NCBI GenBank assembly: GCA_030390025.1
Contig: CM059453.1
Span: forward strand, 3,658,001 to 3,722,000
Origin: Squalus acanthias
Taxonomy: Eukaryota
Direction: 5' to 3'
Length of the DNA stretch: 64,000 nt
In this document: positions 38,501 through 51,672 of the stretch, piece by piece
Position numbering within the stretch: position 1 is the stretch's first letter
Layout: every line of letters starts with the position of its first letter
Notes under the pieces: generated by a model
Databases searched by the model: none
Told to the model about the DNA's origin: nothing
Seen by the model: only the letters and a program-made list of their open reading frames with translations
Position numbers and translations under genes: made by a program

Positions 38501-39259
38501 TTTTTCCCCCTCTCTCACTTCCTGTCACACTCTGGTAATCTTTACCCAAATCGCTACCCTGCTCCATTGCCTTGAATTTTCTCTTTAAATTTCTAAATTT
38601 CTCCTCACCTGACCCTTCCCCCTCCCCCCCTCGCCCACTTTTTAGATTAAAGCCCAATCTACAGCCCCATTTATTCGATTCGCCAGAACACTGGTGCCAG
38701 CCCGGTTTAAGTGGAGACTGTCCCGACGGAACAGCTCCCTCTTTCCCCAGTACTGGTGCCAGTGCCCCATGAATCAAAACAATCAGAAATTGTCCTTCCG
38801 CCTTCAAACCTGGGCAGAACACAGCGAAAGGTAAAAAACACAAACAGTACTTAACATATTGACATCCTAAAGAGGCAGATTCCCAGGACTCTGTGTCTGT
38901 CAATGAATCTCCTCCTAACAAAGAGGTGGATAGCTACACATTGATATTCTTACAAAGGAAAAGGATGACGAGGTGTGACCACATGCTACTGGTATTAAAA
39001 TTGTCTTCTGCCTATTCTCTACAGTTACATTAACTTAAAAGAACTTTGAAAGCCTTTGAGAAAAAGCGACTTGAGTATAGTTCACATTATTACAATAAAT
39101 TAAATATGGAAATGGTTAAATGGATGTTGCTCACAAATGTGACTGTAACTGTTTCCCCCCTAAAATTAGGTTCTATATTTTAATGGGCAGTTTAAATATA
39201 GAATATTGAAGTAAATCTAAAAGAAACAGCATTATTACACTGCTGGATTTACTCAGGGC

Positions 39260-39740
39260 GGAAGATTCACTCGATCTCTGGGGTGAGAGGGCTATCCTAT
39301 CAGGAGAGATTGGGTCGATTGGGCCTATACACTCTGGAGTTTAGAAGAATGAGAAGTGATCTCATTGAAACATATAAGATTCGGAGGGGGATTGACAGCG
39401 TAGATGCTGAGAAGTTGTTTCCCCTGGCTAGAGAGTCTAGAACTAGGGGGCACAGTCTCAGAATAACGGGTCGGCCATTTAAGACTGAGATGAGGAGGAA
39501 TTTCTTCACTCAGAGGGTTGCGATTCTTTGCAATTCTCTACCCCAGCGGGCTGCGGATGTTGAATCTTAGATTACATTCAAGGCTGAGATAGATAGATTT
39601 TTGGTCTCTAGGGGAATCGAGGTATATGGGGATCGGGCGGGAAAGTGGAGTTGAGGTCGAAGATCAGCCATGATCTTATTGAATGGCGGAGCAGGCCCGA
39701 GGGGCCGAATGGCCGACTCCTGCTCCTAATTCTTATGCTT
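39260..39740 (+). mobile_element. CR1 LINE 3' fragment
   Basis: ORF 39283-39570 LGLYTLEFRRMRSDLIETYK plus CR1 tail. Confidence 0.9.
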
Positions 39741-39791
39741 TTAAAAGGCCGCTTTGAATCAATTGCCAAAGTCTAATATTTCCCCACTTAC

Positions 39792-40076
39792 CAAAAATCT
39801 TTAAAGTGACCGCTTTGCCTTGAGCGCTATTCACAGCGTTGCTTGCTGTGCAGACAAACTCTTTGCTGTCAGTTGTTTTCACTGGTCTGATTGACAGGCT
39901 GCTGTTATCTGCAGAAAGTGTGTACCGCGGATTCTTCGATAAAGGCTTCCATTCGAAGCTCCAGGAATAGGTGGGATCAGTTCCCTTTGCAGAACATTTC
40001 AGAGTCACGTCATCTACATTTTCAGTATATATGTCCTTCGCTGGACTGACACTGATTCCCACGTTCGATACTCGGG
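39792..40076 (-). CDS. Ig exon 4, CEACAM A-like IgC (ARVSNVGISVSPAKD...VTLKC...FVCTASNAV...LKIF)
   Basis: Acceptor aatatttattttgcag|, donor TTTG|gtaagt; 285 nt, phase 1-1. Confidence 0.92.
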
Positions 40077-40811
40077 CTGCAAAATAAATATTTGTGAAAA
40101 ATATGTTCCTGCTGCATTAATATTAACCTCAGTACTTCTTTCTGGTGGACAGGCGTGTTGTTGGAAAGCTTTGTTTTAAAGGATAATGTACATGATTATA
40201 GTTTGGAACAGAAATTATATAACGGTATAATTCTTCCAATAGGGACCTGACTAAGGAGCGGGTCCAGATGTTGTATTTGTTTGGGAAAAGTTGATGAAAT
40301 ATTCTTTGCACCGTGATGGTCTTGAGGATGGGTCCAGAGGAATGTGATTATTAAGAAGCAGTTTTAAAGCTGGGTTGTGGGAGACATTGAAAGATGTCCA
40401 CTTGAATATTATTGGGGTTAGGAAGTAAAAGATCGCGATCTCTCTCGCGGCTCAATAATTGGGACAGAACACTCGATGGTTTGAATTGAGTCTGAAACTT
40501 GATGGGCGTTCAAAGGAAAACTGGATTTCAGAGCTCAACATTGTAGGAAACGCGGCAGCCACTTTGCGCAAGAACCGCAATGAGATAATGGGCCGGAATT
40601 CCGATCTCTACTGGTGTGTACGCGCTGTGTACCCATCGAAAATGTCGGTTTCAGGCATGCACTGCCCATGACAGATCCTCCGGCTGCCCTGGAGAAGGGC
40701 CTCTGCAGGCGGATAGTTCCGCTTTCTAAAGACCCTCCGCCCGCAGAAAACCCTTACAATTCTTACGCCCGGGAGCAGTCCTGAATTAAAGCAGCGGCAG
40801 TGCGAGGCTCC

Positions 40812-43800
40812 GATTCAAAAAGTGCATCAAAGAGTGGCGTCACAGGAGAGCAGCTAGGTGATTGGTTGATTAGTATTGCAGCCCTTTGTTGCTCTCTAAT
40901 TTAGGGAAGGGGGTTAATTAAGATTTGAGAATCTTTAACTTGCTAGTACTTATTAAATTAATAATTTGAACTAAATACAATAATCAAAGAATAAGCCTGA
41001 AAATATCGATTGAATAAAATCTTGAACGAATTAATTAATAAATAAATAAAACAAGTTTAGAGATGACAGGGCAGGTGTTGTGTCATAACTGCAGCATGTG
41101 AGAGTATGTGGAGAGCATCGCGATCCCGAGCAACCACATCTGCAGTAAGTGTCTGCAACTCGAGGAACTTCGGCACAGAATTGTTGAGCTGGAGTACGTT
41201 CTGCAGACATTTCGATGCATCAGGGAGGGGGAGAGTTGCCTGGACACTTTGTTCCAGGAGGCAGTCACACCCTTTAGGTTAAGTAGTACTTTAGATTCCG
41301 TCAGGGACAGGAGGGTGTGACTGCGAGTCAGGAAGGTATGGGGACCCAGGATGTAGTGATGGAGGAGCCTTAGCCCTGGACCTTGTCCAAAAGGTACGAG
41401 GTACTTCCTACCTGTATTGATGAGGAAAAGGACTGCAGGGACGATGGGCAAACTGACTATGGCACTGTGGTACAGGGGGCCATCCAAGTGGGGGGAGAAG
41501 GAAGGAATGTGGCAATAGTAGGGAACAGTATAGTCAGGGGGATAGATGCTGTTACCTGCAGCTGTGAAAGAGAGTCCCGAAGGCTGTGTTGCCTGCCCGG
41601 TGTCAGGGTTAAGGATATCTCCTCACGGCTGGAGAATAACTTGGAGTGGGAGGGGGAGGATCCAGTTGTCGTGGTCCATGAAGGAAACAACGATATAGTT
41701 AAAACTAACAATGAGGTTCTGCTGAGGGAGTTTGAGGAGCTAGGATCTAAATTAATAAGTAGAACAACAAGGGTAAAATCTCTGGATTACTATCTGAGCC
41801 AGGCGCAAATTGGCATACGGTCAAGCAGATCAGAGAGTTAAATGCGTGGCTCAAAGAGTGGTGTGGGAAAAGGGGGTTTCAATTCATGGGGCACTGGCAG
41901 CAGTATTGGGGAAAGTGGGAGCTGTTCCGTCGGGACGGGCTCCACTTAAACTGGGCTGGGACTAGCATCCTGGCGAATTGAATAACTAGGGCTGCAGATA
42001 GGGCTTTAAACTAAAAAAAGGGGGGGAGGGGTCAGGTAAGGAGAAATTTAGAAATTTAAAGAGGAAGGTCAGGGCAACAGAGCCGTGTAGCGTTTTGGGT
42101 AAAAATAAGCAGAGTGTTACAGGAAGGGACAGAGAGTTTAATGGTAGCAGTGCAGCAGAGAATAAGGTCAAAGCAGGGAATAATGGTAAAATTTTAAATT
42201 AAAGCACTTTATCTGAATGCACGAAGCTTTCGTAACAAGATAGATGAACTAATGGCACAAATAGAGATAAATGGGTTTGATCTAATAGACATTACAGAGA
42301 CATGGTTGCAAGGTGGCCAAGGTTGGGAACTTAATGTTCCAGGGTACTGGACGTTTCAAAAAGTCAGGCAGAATGGAAAAGGAGGGGAGTAGCTCTGATA
42401 ATAAAGGATGACCCAAGGACAGTAGTGAGAAAGGATCTCGGCTCAGAAGATCAGGAAGTAAAATCAGTATGGGTGGAGATAAGGAATAACAAGGGGCAGA
42501 AAATATTGGTAGGAGTAGTATATAGCCCCCCTAACAGTAGCTGTACTTTAGGGACAGAATATTAATCAAGAAATAGTAGAGCAAGTAACAAGGTAATGCA
42601 ATCGTCTTTGGGGACTTTAAACTTCATATTGACTGGATAAATCAAATTGGCAAAGCTAGTCTGTAGGATGAGTTCATGGAATGCATTCGGGACAGTTTCC
42701 TCGAACAATATGTCATGGAACCAAACAGGGAACAGGCTATTTTAGATCTTGTACTTTGTAATGAGCCAGGGTTAATTTGCAATCTCATAGTAAAGAACCC
42801 TCTGGGGCAGTGTGATCATGATATGACAAGATTTCACGTTAATTTTGAGAGCGACTTTCTTAAGTCCGAAACTAGAGTCTTAAACTTAAATAAAGGCAAT
42901 TACAGAGGTACGAAGGGCGAGTTGGATAAGGTATATTGGAAAAGTAGATTAACAGGTATGGCGGTAGATAAGCTGTGGCTAGCATTTAAAGAAATATTTC
43001 ATAATTCTCAACAAAAATACATTCCATTGAGAAACAAAAACTCCACGGGAAAAGTGATCCAACCATGGCTAACTAAAGAAGTTAAGAATAGTATTAGATT
43101 GAAAGAAGAGACTCATAATGTTGCAAAGAATAATAGTAAGCCTGAGGATTGGGAGAGTTTCAGAAACCAAAAACCTTGACCAAAAACTTAATAAAAGGGA
43201 AAAAATAGAATATGAGAGAAAACTAGCAAGAAATATAAAAGCAGATTGTAAGAGCTTCTATAAGTATGTAAAAAGGAAGAGAGTGGCAAAAGTAAACGTT
43301 GGTCCCTTAGAGGCGGAGACAGGAGAAATTATTATGGGGAATAAGGGAATGGCAGAAACGATAAACAAATATTTTGTATCTGTCTTCACAGTAGAAGACA
43401 CAAAAAGCATACCAAAAATGGTGGGGAACCAAGGGTCCAATGAGGGTGAGCAACTTAACGTAATTAATATAAGTAGCAAAAAAGTACTAGAGAAACTAAT
43501 GAGACTAAAAGCAAACAAATCCCCTGGACCTGACGGCTAAAGGGTTCCAAAAGAGGTGATTGAAGAGATAGTGGATGCATTGGTTTTGATCTTCCAAAAT
43601 TCCCCAGATTCTAGAATGGTCGCAGTGGATTCGAAGGTCACAAATGTAACACTACTATTCAAGAAAGAAGGGAGAGAAAAAAGAGGAACTACAGGCCAGT
43701 TAGCCTGATATCAGTCGTCGGGAAAATGCTGGAATCCGTTGTTAAGGAAGTGGTATCAGGGCACTTAGAAAATCATAACATGATTAGGCAGAGTCAAAAT

Positions 43801-45066
43801 GGTTTTATGAAAGGGAAATCGTGTTTGAAAAAATTATTAGAGTTTTTTGAGGATGTAACTAGAAGGGTAGATAAAGGGGAAACAGTGAATGTAGTATATT
43901 TGGATTTCCAAATGGCATTCGATAAGATGCCACCTAAAAGGTAATTACACAAGATTAGGGCTCATAGTGTTCGGGGTAATATAATAGCATGGATAGAGGA
44001 TTGGTTAACGGACAGAAAACAGAGAGTAGCGATAAACGGATCTTTTTCAGGTTGGCAGGCTGTAACTACTGGGGTGTCACAACGATCAGTGTTGGGGCCT
44101 TATTTATTTACAATCTATATTAATGATCTAGATGAAGGGACCGAGTGTAATGTATCCAAGTTTGCTGATGATACAAAGCTAGGTTGGACAGTAATCTGTG
44201 AGGAGAACACAAAGAGTCTGAAAAGGGATACAGATAGACTAAGTGAGTGGGAGTAAGTGGCAGATGGAGTACAATGTAGGGAAATGTGAGGTTATTCACT
44301 TTGGTAGGAAGAATAGAAAAACAGAATATTTTTTAGAAGGTGAGAAACTTTCAAATGTTGGTGTTCAGAGAGATTTGGGTGTCCTCGTGCAAGAAACACA
44401 GAAAGCTAGCATGCAGGTACAGCAAGCAATAAGGAAGGCAAACGGCATGTTGGCCTTTATTGCAAGAGGGTTGGAGTATCAGAGTAAGGAAGTCTTGCTA
44501 CAATTTTACAGGGCCTTGGTGAGACCACAGTTTTGGTCTTCTTATTTAAGGAAGGATATACTTGCCTTGGAGGCGCTGCAACTAGATTGATTCCTGGGAT
44601 GAGAGGGCTGTCCTATGATGAGAGATTGTGTAGAATGGGCCTATACACGCTGCAGTTTAGAAGAATGAGATGTGATCTCATTGAAACATACACGATTCTG
44701 AAGGGAATTGACAGGGTAGATGCTGAGAGGTTGTTTCCTCTGGCTGGCGTGCATAGAACTAGAGGGCATCGTCTCAGGATAAGGGGTAGGCCATTTAAGA
44801 CTGAGATGAGGAGGAATTTCTGCACTCAGAGGGTTGTGAAAATTTGGAATTCTCTGCTCCAGAGGGCTGTGAATGCTGATTCTTTTAATATATTCAAGGC
44901 TGAGATAGATAGATTTTTGGACTCTCGGGGAATCAAGGTATATGGAGATCGCGCGGGAAAGTGGAGTTGAGGTCGATGATTAGCCATGATCTTATTGAAT
45001 GGTGGAGCAGGATCGAGGGGCCGTATGGCCTACTTCTGCTCTTATTTGTTATGTTCTTATGTTCTT
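40812..45066 (+). mobile_element. Full-length decayed CR1 LINE (ORF1 ~41063-42000, ORF2 ~42190-44970)
   Basis: ORF1 CHNC..HICSKC and VGNSIVR..GNND; ORF2 LDLVLCNE, KFADDTK, with many stops and frameshifts; (ttatgttc)n tail. Confidence 0.93.
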
Positions 45067-45069
45067 AAT

Positions 45070-45290
45070 TTGAAATGGTGCTTTCGGATCTTTTACGTCC
45101 ACCTGAGAGAGCAGACGGGGTTTAACATCTCATCCGAAAGACGGCACCTCCTACAGTGCAGCACTACCTCAGTACTGCACTGGAAGTGTCAGCCGAGCTT
45201 GATGTGCTCAAGCCTCTGGAGTTGGGATTTCAACCCACAACCTTATGGCTCAGAGGGGAGAGTGCTGCCAACTGAGCCACAGCTAGCCCT
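45070..45290 (-). mobile_element. tRNA-headed Deu-type SINE, 5' part
   Basis: Head gtggctcagttggcagcac...ggttgtgggttgaaatccc and body ggacgtaaaagatcc; truncated at the adjacent CR1 tail. Confidence 0.7.
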
Positions 45291-45342
45291 GTTAAATTAC
45301 CGCTTTGCAACAATTGCCAATGTCTATCATTTCCACACTCAC

Positions 45343-45627
45343 CGAAAATCTTTAAATTCACCGCTTTGCCTTGATCGCTACTCACAGCGTTGCTTGCTGT
45401 GCAGACAAACGCTTTGCTGTCACTTGTGTGCACGGGTTTGATTGACAGGCTGCTTTTATCTGCAGAAAGTGTGTACCGCGGATTCTCCGGTAAAGGTTTC
45501 CCATCGAATTTCCAGGAATAGATGGGATCAGTTCCCGTCGCTGAACAATTCAGAGTCACGTTATCTACATTTTCAGTAAAGACGTCTTTCTCTGGAGTGA
45601 CACTGATTCTCACATTCGATACTCGCA
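45343..45627 (-). CDS. Ig exon 3, CEACAM A-like IgC (VRVSNVRISVTPEKD...VTLNC...FVCTASNAV...LKIF)
   Basis: Acceptor tttttctttctttacag|, donor TTCG|gtgagt; 285 nt, phase 1-1. Confidence 0.92.
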
Positions 45628-45631
45628 CTGT

Positions 45632-45925
45632 AAAGAAAGAAAAACATGCTTTTGTATAGCGCCTTTCAGGACGTCCCAAAGCGCTTTACAGCGAATGAAG
45701 TACTTTTGAAGTGTCGTTACTGTGGTAATGTAGGAAACATGGCAGCCAAAATGGCCACAGTACCCTCCCACAAACAGCAATGGGAGAATGACCAGATAAT
45801 CTGATGTGGTGATGTCGGTTCAAGGATAAATATTGGCTCAGGACACCGGGGAGAACTCTCCTGCTGGTCTTCGAAATAGTGCCATGGGATCGTTTACATC
45901 CACCCGAGAGGGCAGAGGTTTAACA
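45632..45925 (-). mobile_element. Deu-type SINE 3' part, tail abutting the exon-3 acceptor
   Basis: Deu-domain-like gatcccatggcactatttcgaag...gagttctccccggtgtcctg and tail aaaggcgctata...tctttcttt; related copies at ~54815-55220 (-) and ~59235-59465 (+). Confidence 0.75.
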
Positions 45926-47637
45926 TGTTTTCATTTTGATAGTTTTTGTCGAGCAAACAGAAAGAGCTGGCATTCCATTGATCTTAAGTCAGTGCATAAC
46001 AATAGCTTTTCTCACTCACAGAAGTGTGAGAAAGAAACGCAGGTTATCGGTACCCAACCACTGGATATAAAGCCTCTGCAAAATTCTCTCCATCCGTTTT
46101 CTAACGCACATGCTCGATCATAGAATCACCCGGTCATAGAATTCACACCATAGGAGGAGGCCATTCAGCCCATTGCACCAGCGCCTCGCTATTCCTGCCT
46201 GTTTCTGTGTAATCACCTCTTGTAATGTGCTTTCGGGACCCTCTCTTCTTGTTGCTCTGTATTTCTCATGCTCAGTACTGTTGAGCTGAAGCAAGTCCAG
46301 TTGGGCACATTTCCCGCAACTGTGGTTGTCTCGGACACTGATAGGTGGGTAAAATTCAACTTTGACGGAGGCGCAAAATGGGCGCCAGCGCACCGGCCGC
46401 TGGTTATACAAACCGACCGATTATCTTACACGTTTATTTCCAAGGGCGGGGTGCATAATCTGCTGTAGATCCGCAAGCGCGAATTGAAATTGATCACCAC
46501 AACTCCCACATCATTTATGTTCCACACAACACCGGTTGTCACTGTGCTGCCGCACTGAATGGCCTCAAGTCGGCTCCGGAAGTAATAAATAAACTGAAAG
46601 TAGCTTCGAACCAACTATTTTTCAGTTTCACACTCCACATCAGGATAAATACGAGTCACTGACTTGTTATCCAGTAATATTTTAACAGCTATTCAATGAA
46701 TGAATAAATAAAACGTAATACTTAACCAGCCGCTCTAGTTCACTGCAAACTCTCCTCTGCTACCTACTCACTAGGTTCATCTCTGGAAAATTACATTGAC
46801 TATTCAATTATTAAATCGTAACAACATTTATAATAATCTGTCCATCACTGCAAGCTCTCTCTACGGCTGCAGTTTGACTTTCTCATCAGTCTCAGACTAG
46901 TAGAGGTTGAATTCAGAGTGCAGCCGACAGCCCTGCACCTCTCCCGTTTCTTTTTATACTTTTAGAGATGTGTGAGCAGCACTGACATCGTTCACAACAC
47001 GAAGAAGTCACAATGACACGATTGTTAAGGTACCAAGATTATCACCAGGCCAACTGACCACTTTTGCAAAACACGGTTTCAAACATAGCTGGAATTATTC
47101 ATACCCTGGAATAAAACATGACGTCACAGAATGATGCAGCTCAGAAGGAGGCCATTCAGCCCATCGTGTCTCAACTTAGTCCCACTCCCCTACCCGTTCC
47201 CCATAACGTTGGAATTGTTTACTTTTCAAGTTAATATACCATTCACTTTTGAAATTTACCGCCCTTTTAGGCAGCGCATTCTAGATAACTACAATATGCT
47301 GCATAAAGAAAGCTCCTCACCTGGTTATTTTGCCAATTATTTAAAATCAGTGTCTTCTGGTGCCAGTGAAAATAGTTTCTCTATATTTACTCGATCTAAA
47401 CCCTTTATAATTTTGAACAGCGCTATTAAATCTCTGCTCAACCTTAAAGCCAAGCTCTGGCACAATGTCTCCCAGAGGTGGTTAAAGACCCCTTTACTAT
47501 CTACTGAAGTGTCAGATCAGGACTGGATAGCTAAGCTATGCTACCACTTCCTGTCAGTGCACACCCAACCAGCTTCATATCAATGAGATGATGGCAGTAT
47601 TGCGTCTTCCTACAGCTCCCTGTTCTAATGCAGTTCC

Positions 47638-48234
47638 ACTCATGGTCTACTCACCCTTTTCAACCCATGTGCAATAATTTAACATTTATCATTGCCAAAC
47701 TGCATTGCAATGTTACCTCTCAATTGAATACCAGGTACAACTAATTTCAAACACCGCTGGTTTATCCTGTCTCTTTTACTCTCCCTGATTAATGCCCTCA
47801 GAATGTTTAATAAATATAGACAGTTTCTGTTCCAGTACATTCATGCAGATTGAAAGCATCGTATTCAAGCATTTCGATGGACTACAAAAGTAAGAATAAG
47901 ACTTTGCCACATTCGAATTATATGTTCCTGGACAAAAAAATCGACTCATGGTCTAATCACCCTTTTCAACCCATGTGCAATAATTTAACATTTATCATTT
48001 CCAAACTGCATTTCCATTTTACATCTCAATTGATTACCAGATACATCTTAATTAAAACACCGTCGGTTTATCCTGTCTCTGTTTAATGCCCTCAGTCTGT
48101 TTGATAAATATGCACAGTTTCTGTTCCAGTACATTCATGCAGATTGAAAGCAGTATCCAAGCATTTCGATGAACTACAGAAGTAAGATTAAGAATTTGCC
48201 ACATTCGAATTATATGTCCCTGGACAAAATTTCG
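47638..48234. repeat. Two-unit tandem repeat (~306 and ~291 bp)
   Basis: Units begin actcatggtcta at 47638 and 47944; the inverted partner has one unit. Confidence 0.9.
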
Positions 48235-48442
48235 ATTTGGGTTGGATGCAGAACAGGCGGTAACGCTTCAATATGACTTCAATAGAACCGGATATCTGGC
48301 GGGGTATATAACAGGCGGCCAATGCGATACCGCCCGTTTTGCATCCCGCCCCAGTCGAATTTCGCTCCTTAGATTCAGTTGACGGTTTGAGAACTATTAT
48401 ATTGTATAGTTGGTATTTATCAATAGAAATTAGTTTACTCAC

Positions 48443-48727
48443 CGAAGATCTTTAACTTGACTGCTGGGCTCTCAACAGTGTTCACGATGCTCGTTACGTT
48501 ACAGATGAAGTCTCCGTTATCGGTTGTTTTCAAGGGATGGATTAATAGGCTGCTGTTTTCGGCAGTAAGTGTATACCGTGGGTTTTCCGGTAAAGGTTTC
48601 CCGCCAAAGCTCCAGGCGTAGGTGGGAAAAGATCCCTTCACCGAACACTTCATGGTCACCTTGTCCTCATCTTGTATAAATATGTCTTTCACTGGGCTGA
48701 TACTGATACGTGCGTTTGACAAGGGGA
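48443..48727 (-). CDS. Ig exon 2, CEACAM A-like IgC (VPLSNARISISPVKD...VTMKC...DNGDFICNVTSIV...LKIF)
   Basis: Acceptor gctttgtttcacag|, donor TTCG|gtgagt; 285 nt, phase 1-1. Confidence 0.92.
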
Positions 48728-51672
48728 CTGTGAAACAAAGCATCGGTTCAGAAACTGGTTCTCCGCGCATCGACGCTCATCTTAGACTTTAGTGGCAATT
48801 TTAACTCACACAGCCCGGCGGAAACCGAAAGGAACGGGAGTTAAAATCGAGCGACTCTCTCTGCTTCCAATTCCACCCCGAAACAGATTTACCCCCCTTG
48901 CTTTTTGCAGGAGCTCAGGCGGACATTGACTCGGGTAGGGGCCTCATTAATATGCTAATCTGGGTCCTATGTGGTGCATGGACCCATTTAGTAAAATCTA
49001 TCAGGAAAGGAACGAAAAGAAAAAAATATAACTTATTTGGCCACCTGGAGGAGTGGGAGTATTTCCATTGGCCCAAAAATGACAATCGCACCTCTGATGC
49101 CCCGGTACTACCCAAACCCCCACCTCCACCCCAGTTTCCTGCGCTTGCCAGCAGTCGGCCAGTTCCCTTTTCTCATCCTTGTGTTGAAATTCCTCCGTGG
49201 CCTCGCCACTCCCTATCTCACTAACCTCCACCAGCCCGACAAACCTCCGAGATCTCTACGCTCCGCCAATTTTAGCCTCTTGTGCACCTCAAATTTCCTT
49301 CGCTCCGCCATTGGCGACTGTGCCTTCAGCCGCCTAGGCCCTAATACTGAAATGCCGTCTCTATCCGCTTCTCTACCTCTCTCTCCTCATTTAAGACGCT
49401 CCTTATAATCGATTTTGATCAAGCTTTTGTTTATCTGCCTAATATCTCCTTAAGAGGCTCGGTATCAAATTGTATTTGATAACGCTCCTGGGACGTTTTA
49501 CTACGTCAGATGCGCTATATAAATGCAATGTTATTGTATTTTATTGCCTGCAGTTAGCCGCAGGATGTAAATGAGACCTGGCCGGTATTCCCACTGAGAT
49601 CCACGGGTGGGCTGATGCAATTTGGGAAGCTGGTGAGTTTAATTTCCCCCTTTTATTTCTGATCATTTGATGTTGCAGGCACTTCACTGAAGGAACGTCA
49701 CCTCACAGTTTGGAAATGTTTGAGGTGCAACGGGTGGGTGTGTATCTTTCACCGCTCTGACACTTACGGCAGCGCGGCAAGACTTCACTTACGTGGCGAG
49801 AATAGAGAAGCTGGGGTTGTTCTCCTTAGAGCAGAGAAGGTTGAGGGGAGATTTGATAGATTTGTTCAAAATAATGAAGTGCTTCGATAGAGTAAATAAG
49901 GAGAAACTGTTTTCAGTGATATAAGGGTCAGTAACCAGAGGAAATAGATTTAATGTGATTTGCAAAAGAATCAGAGATGACATGAGAAATAAAATGTGCA
50001 GTTGTTATGACCTGGAATGCGCGGCCTGAAAGGATGGTGAAAACAGATTCAATAATAACTTTCAAAAAGGAATTGGGTATATACTTGCAGCGGGGAAATC
50101 TTAGACTTAGATCACCTTAGACTTTAATGGGAATTTTAACTCCCTCCACCCCACGGAAATTGAGCGAAATGAGAGTTAAAATCGATCAACTCTATTTGGT
50201 TCCATTCTTGCCCCGAAACAGATTTAACCCCTTTACTTTTGCTCGGGCTTAGGTGGCCCTTGACTTGGGCAACGGCTTCAGTAACACGCTAATTTGAGTT
50301 CTTTGACGTACATGTCCCACTCAGTAAAACTTATCAGGAAAGAAACTAAATGCAAGTTTGGAACTTAACTTTGACGCCTGGAGGAGAAGGAACAATCTAG
50401 GCCCCAACAGGAATGTATGCACCTCTACTGTCCCGGTACTCAGTCCACCTCACCCAACTTTCCTGACTACCTGCCCAGGCCGCCCAATCTTCGCTTGCCA
50501 GTTCAGAAGAAACGTCTTCACCCACAGAGTGGTTAGAATGCGGAACTAGCTACAGCAAGTAGTTGAGGTCAATACATAGATTCGTTAAAGAGGCAGCTAG
50601 ATAAACACACGAGGGAGAAAGGAATAGAAATGTTAGATGAAGACGGGTGGGAGGAGGTTTGTGTGGAGAATAAACACCTACAAACACCAGTTGGGCAAAA
50701 TGGTTGTTTCTGTGCTGTACAATTCTATGTGATAAGTCCTGGTTCCTTGGGCATTCGCTGAGGCTGCTCATATTCCTCATAGAGGGGCACCAGCTCAGGC
50801 CGTCCCTGATTCATTCACGGGATGTGGACGTAGCTCGCAAGGCCAACATTTATTGCCCATCCTTAATTGCACTTGAGAAGTTGGTGGTGAGCCGCCTTCT
50901 TGAACCGCTGCAGTCCGTGTGGTGAAGGTCCTCCCATAGTGCTGTTAGGGAGGGAGTTCTAAGTGTACTTCTTTGCAGTTTTTTTTTACAACTGAGTGGC
51001 TTGCTCGGCCAATGATGAGGGGTAGTTAAGAGTCAACCACATTGATATGGGCCTGGAGTCTCATATAGGCCAGACCGGGTAAGGGCGGCAGATTTCCTTC
51101 CCTAAAAGACATTAGTGAACCAGATGGGATTTTGCAACAATCCGATAGTTTCATGGCCACCATTACTGATACTAGCTTTTTATTGCAGAATTATTTTATT
51201 GAATTTAAATTCTCCAGCTGCCCTGGTGGGTTTTGAACTCATGTCTCGGGATTAGTAGTAACAGAACCACTATGTTACCGTCCCCGTGAACCCAGGGACA
51301 AGTTGTATTCTGCATCACAAGCGATATCTGACCTTTTGCCCGCACGCATTGTTTCGACGAACATCTTGCTTCGTTATCATTTTCCCCACCAAATATTAAC
51401 TCAACCAAATTCAAGATGCTGAAGGAACGATTATTCGGGTTTGAGCGGTTGGTGTCGGTCTAAGTATGGGCTAGATCGGTGGGTTATCAAAATAATTTCA
51501 CGTAGCTTTGCGCACCGAAGATTATTGAGGCTTCCCACGTCGAGATGGCCAATAGCACCGTGGGATATCGCGGGTTTTTAATATGAGTCGTCCTAATACT
51601 TGCGCTAATCGTTTAAATAGGAAATAAACTAGGTTGTGGTCTGTGGCCGGTGTGAATGAATGCTGTACTCAC

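Larger units (their letters stand above)
46631..49855. repeat. Inverted segmental duplication, left arm (partner 60863-63855)
   Basis: Reverse-complement colinearity across unique intron sequence, Ig exon 2 and embedded repeats. Confidence 0.93.
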
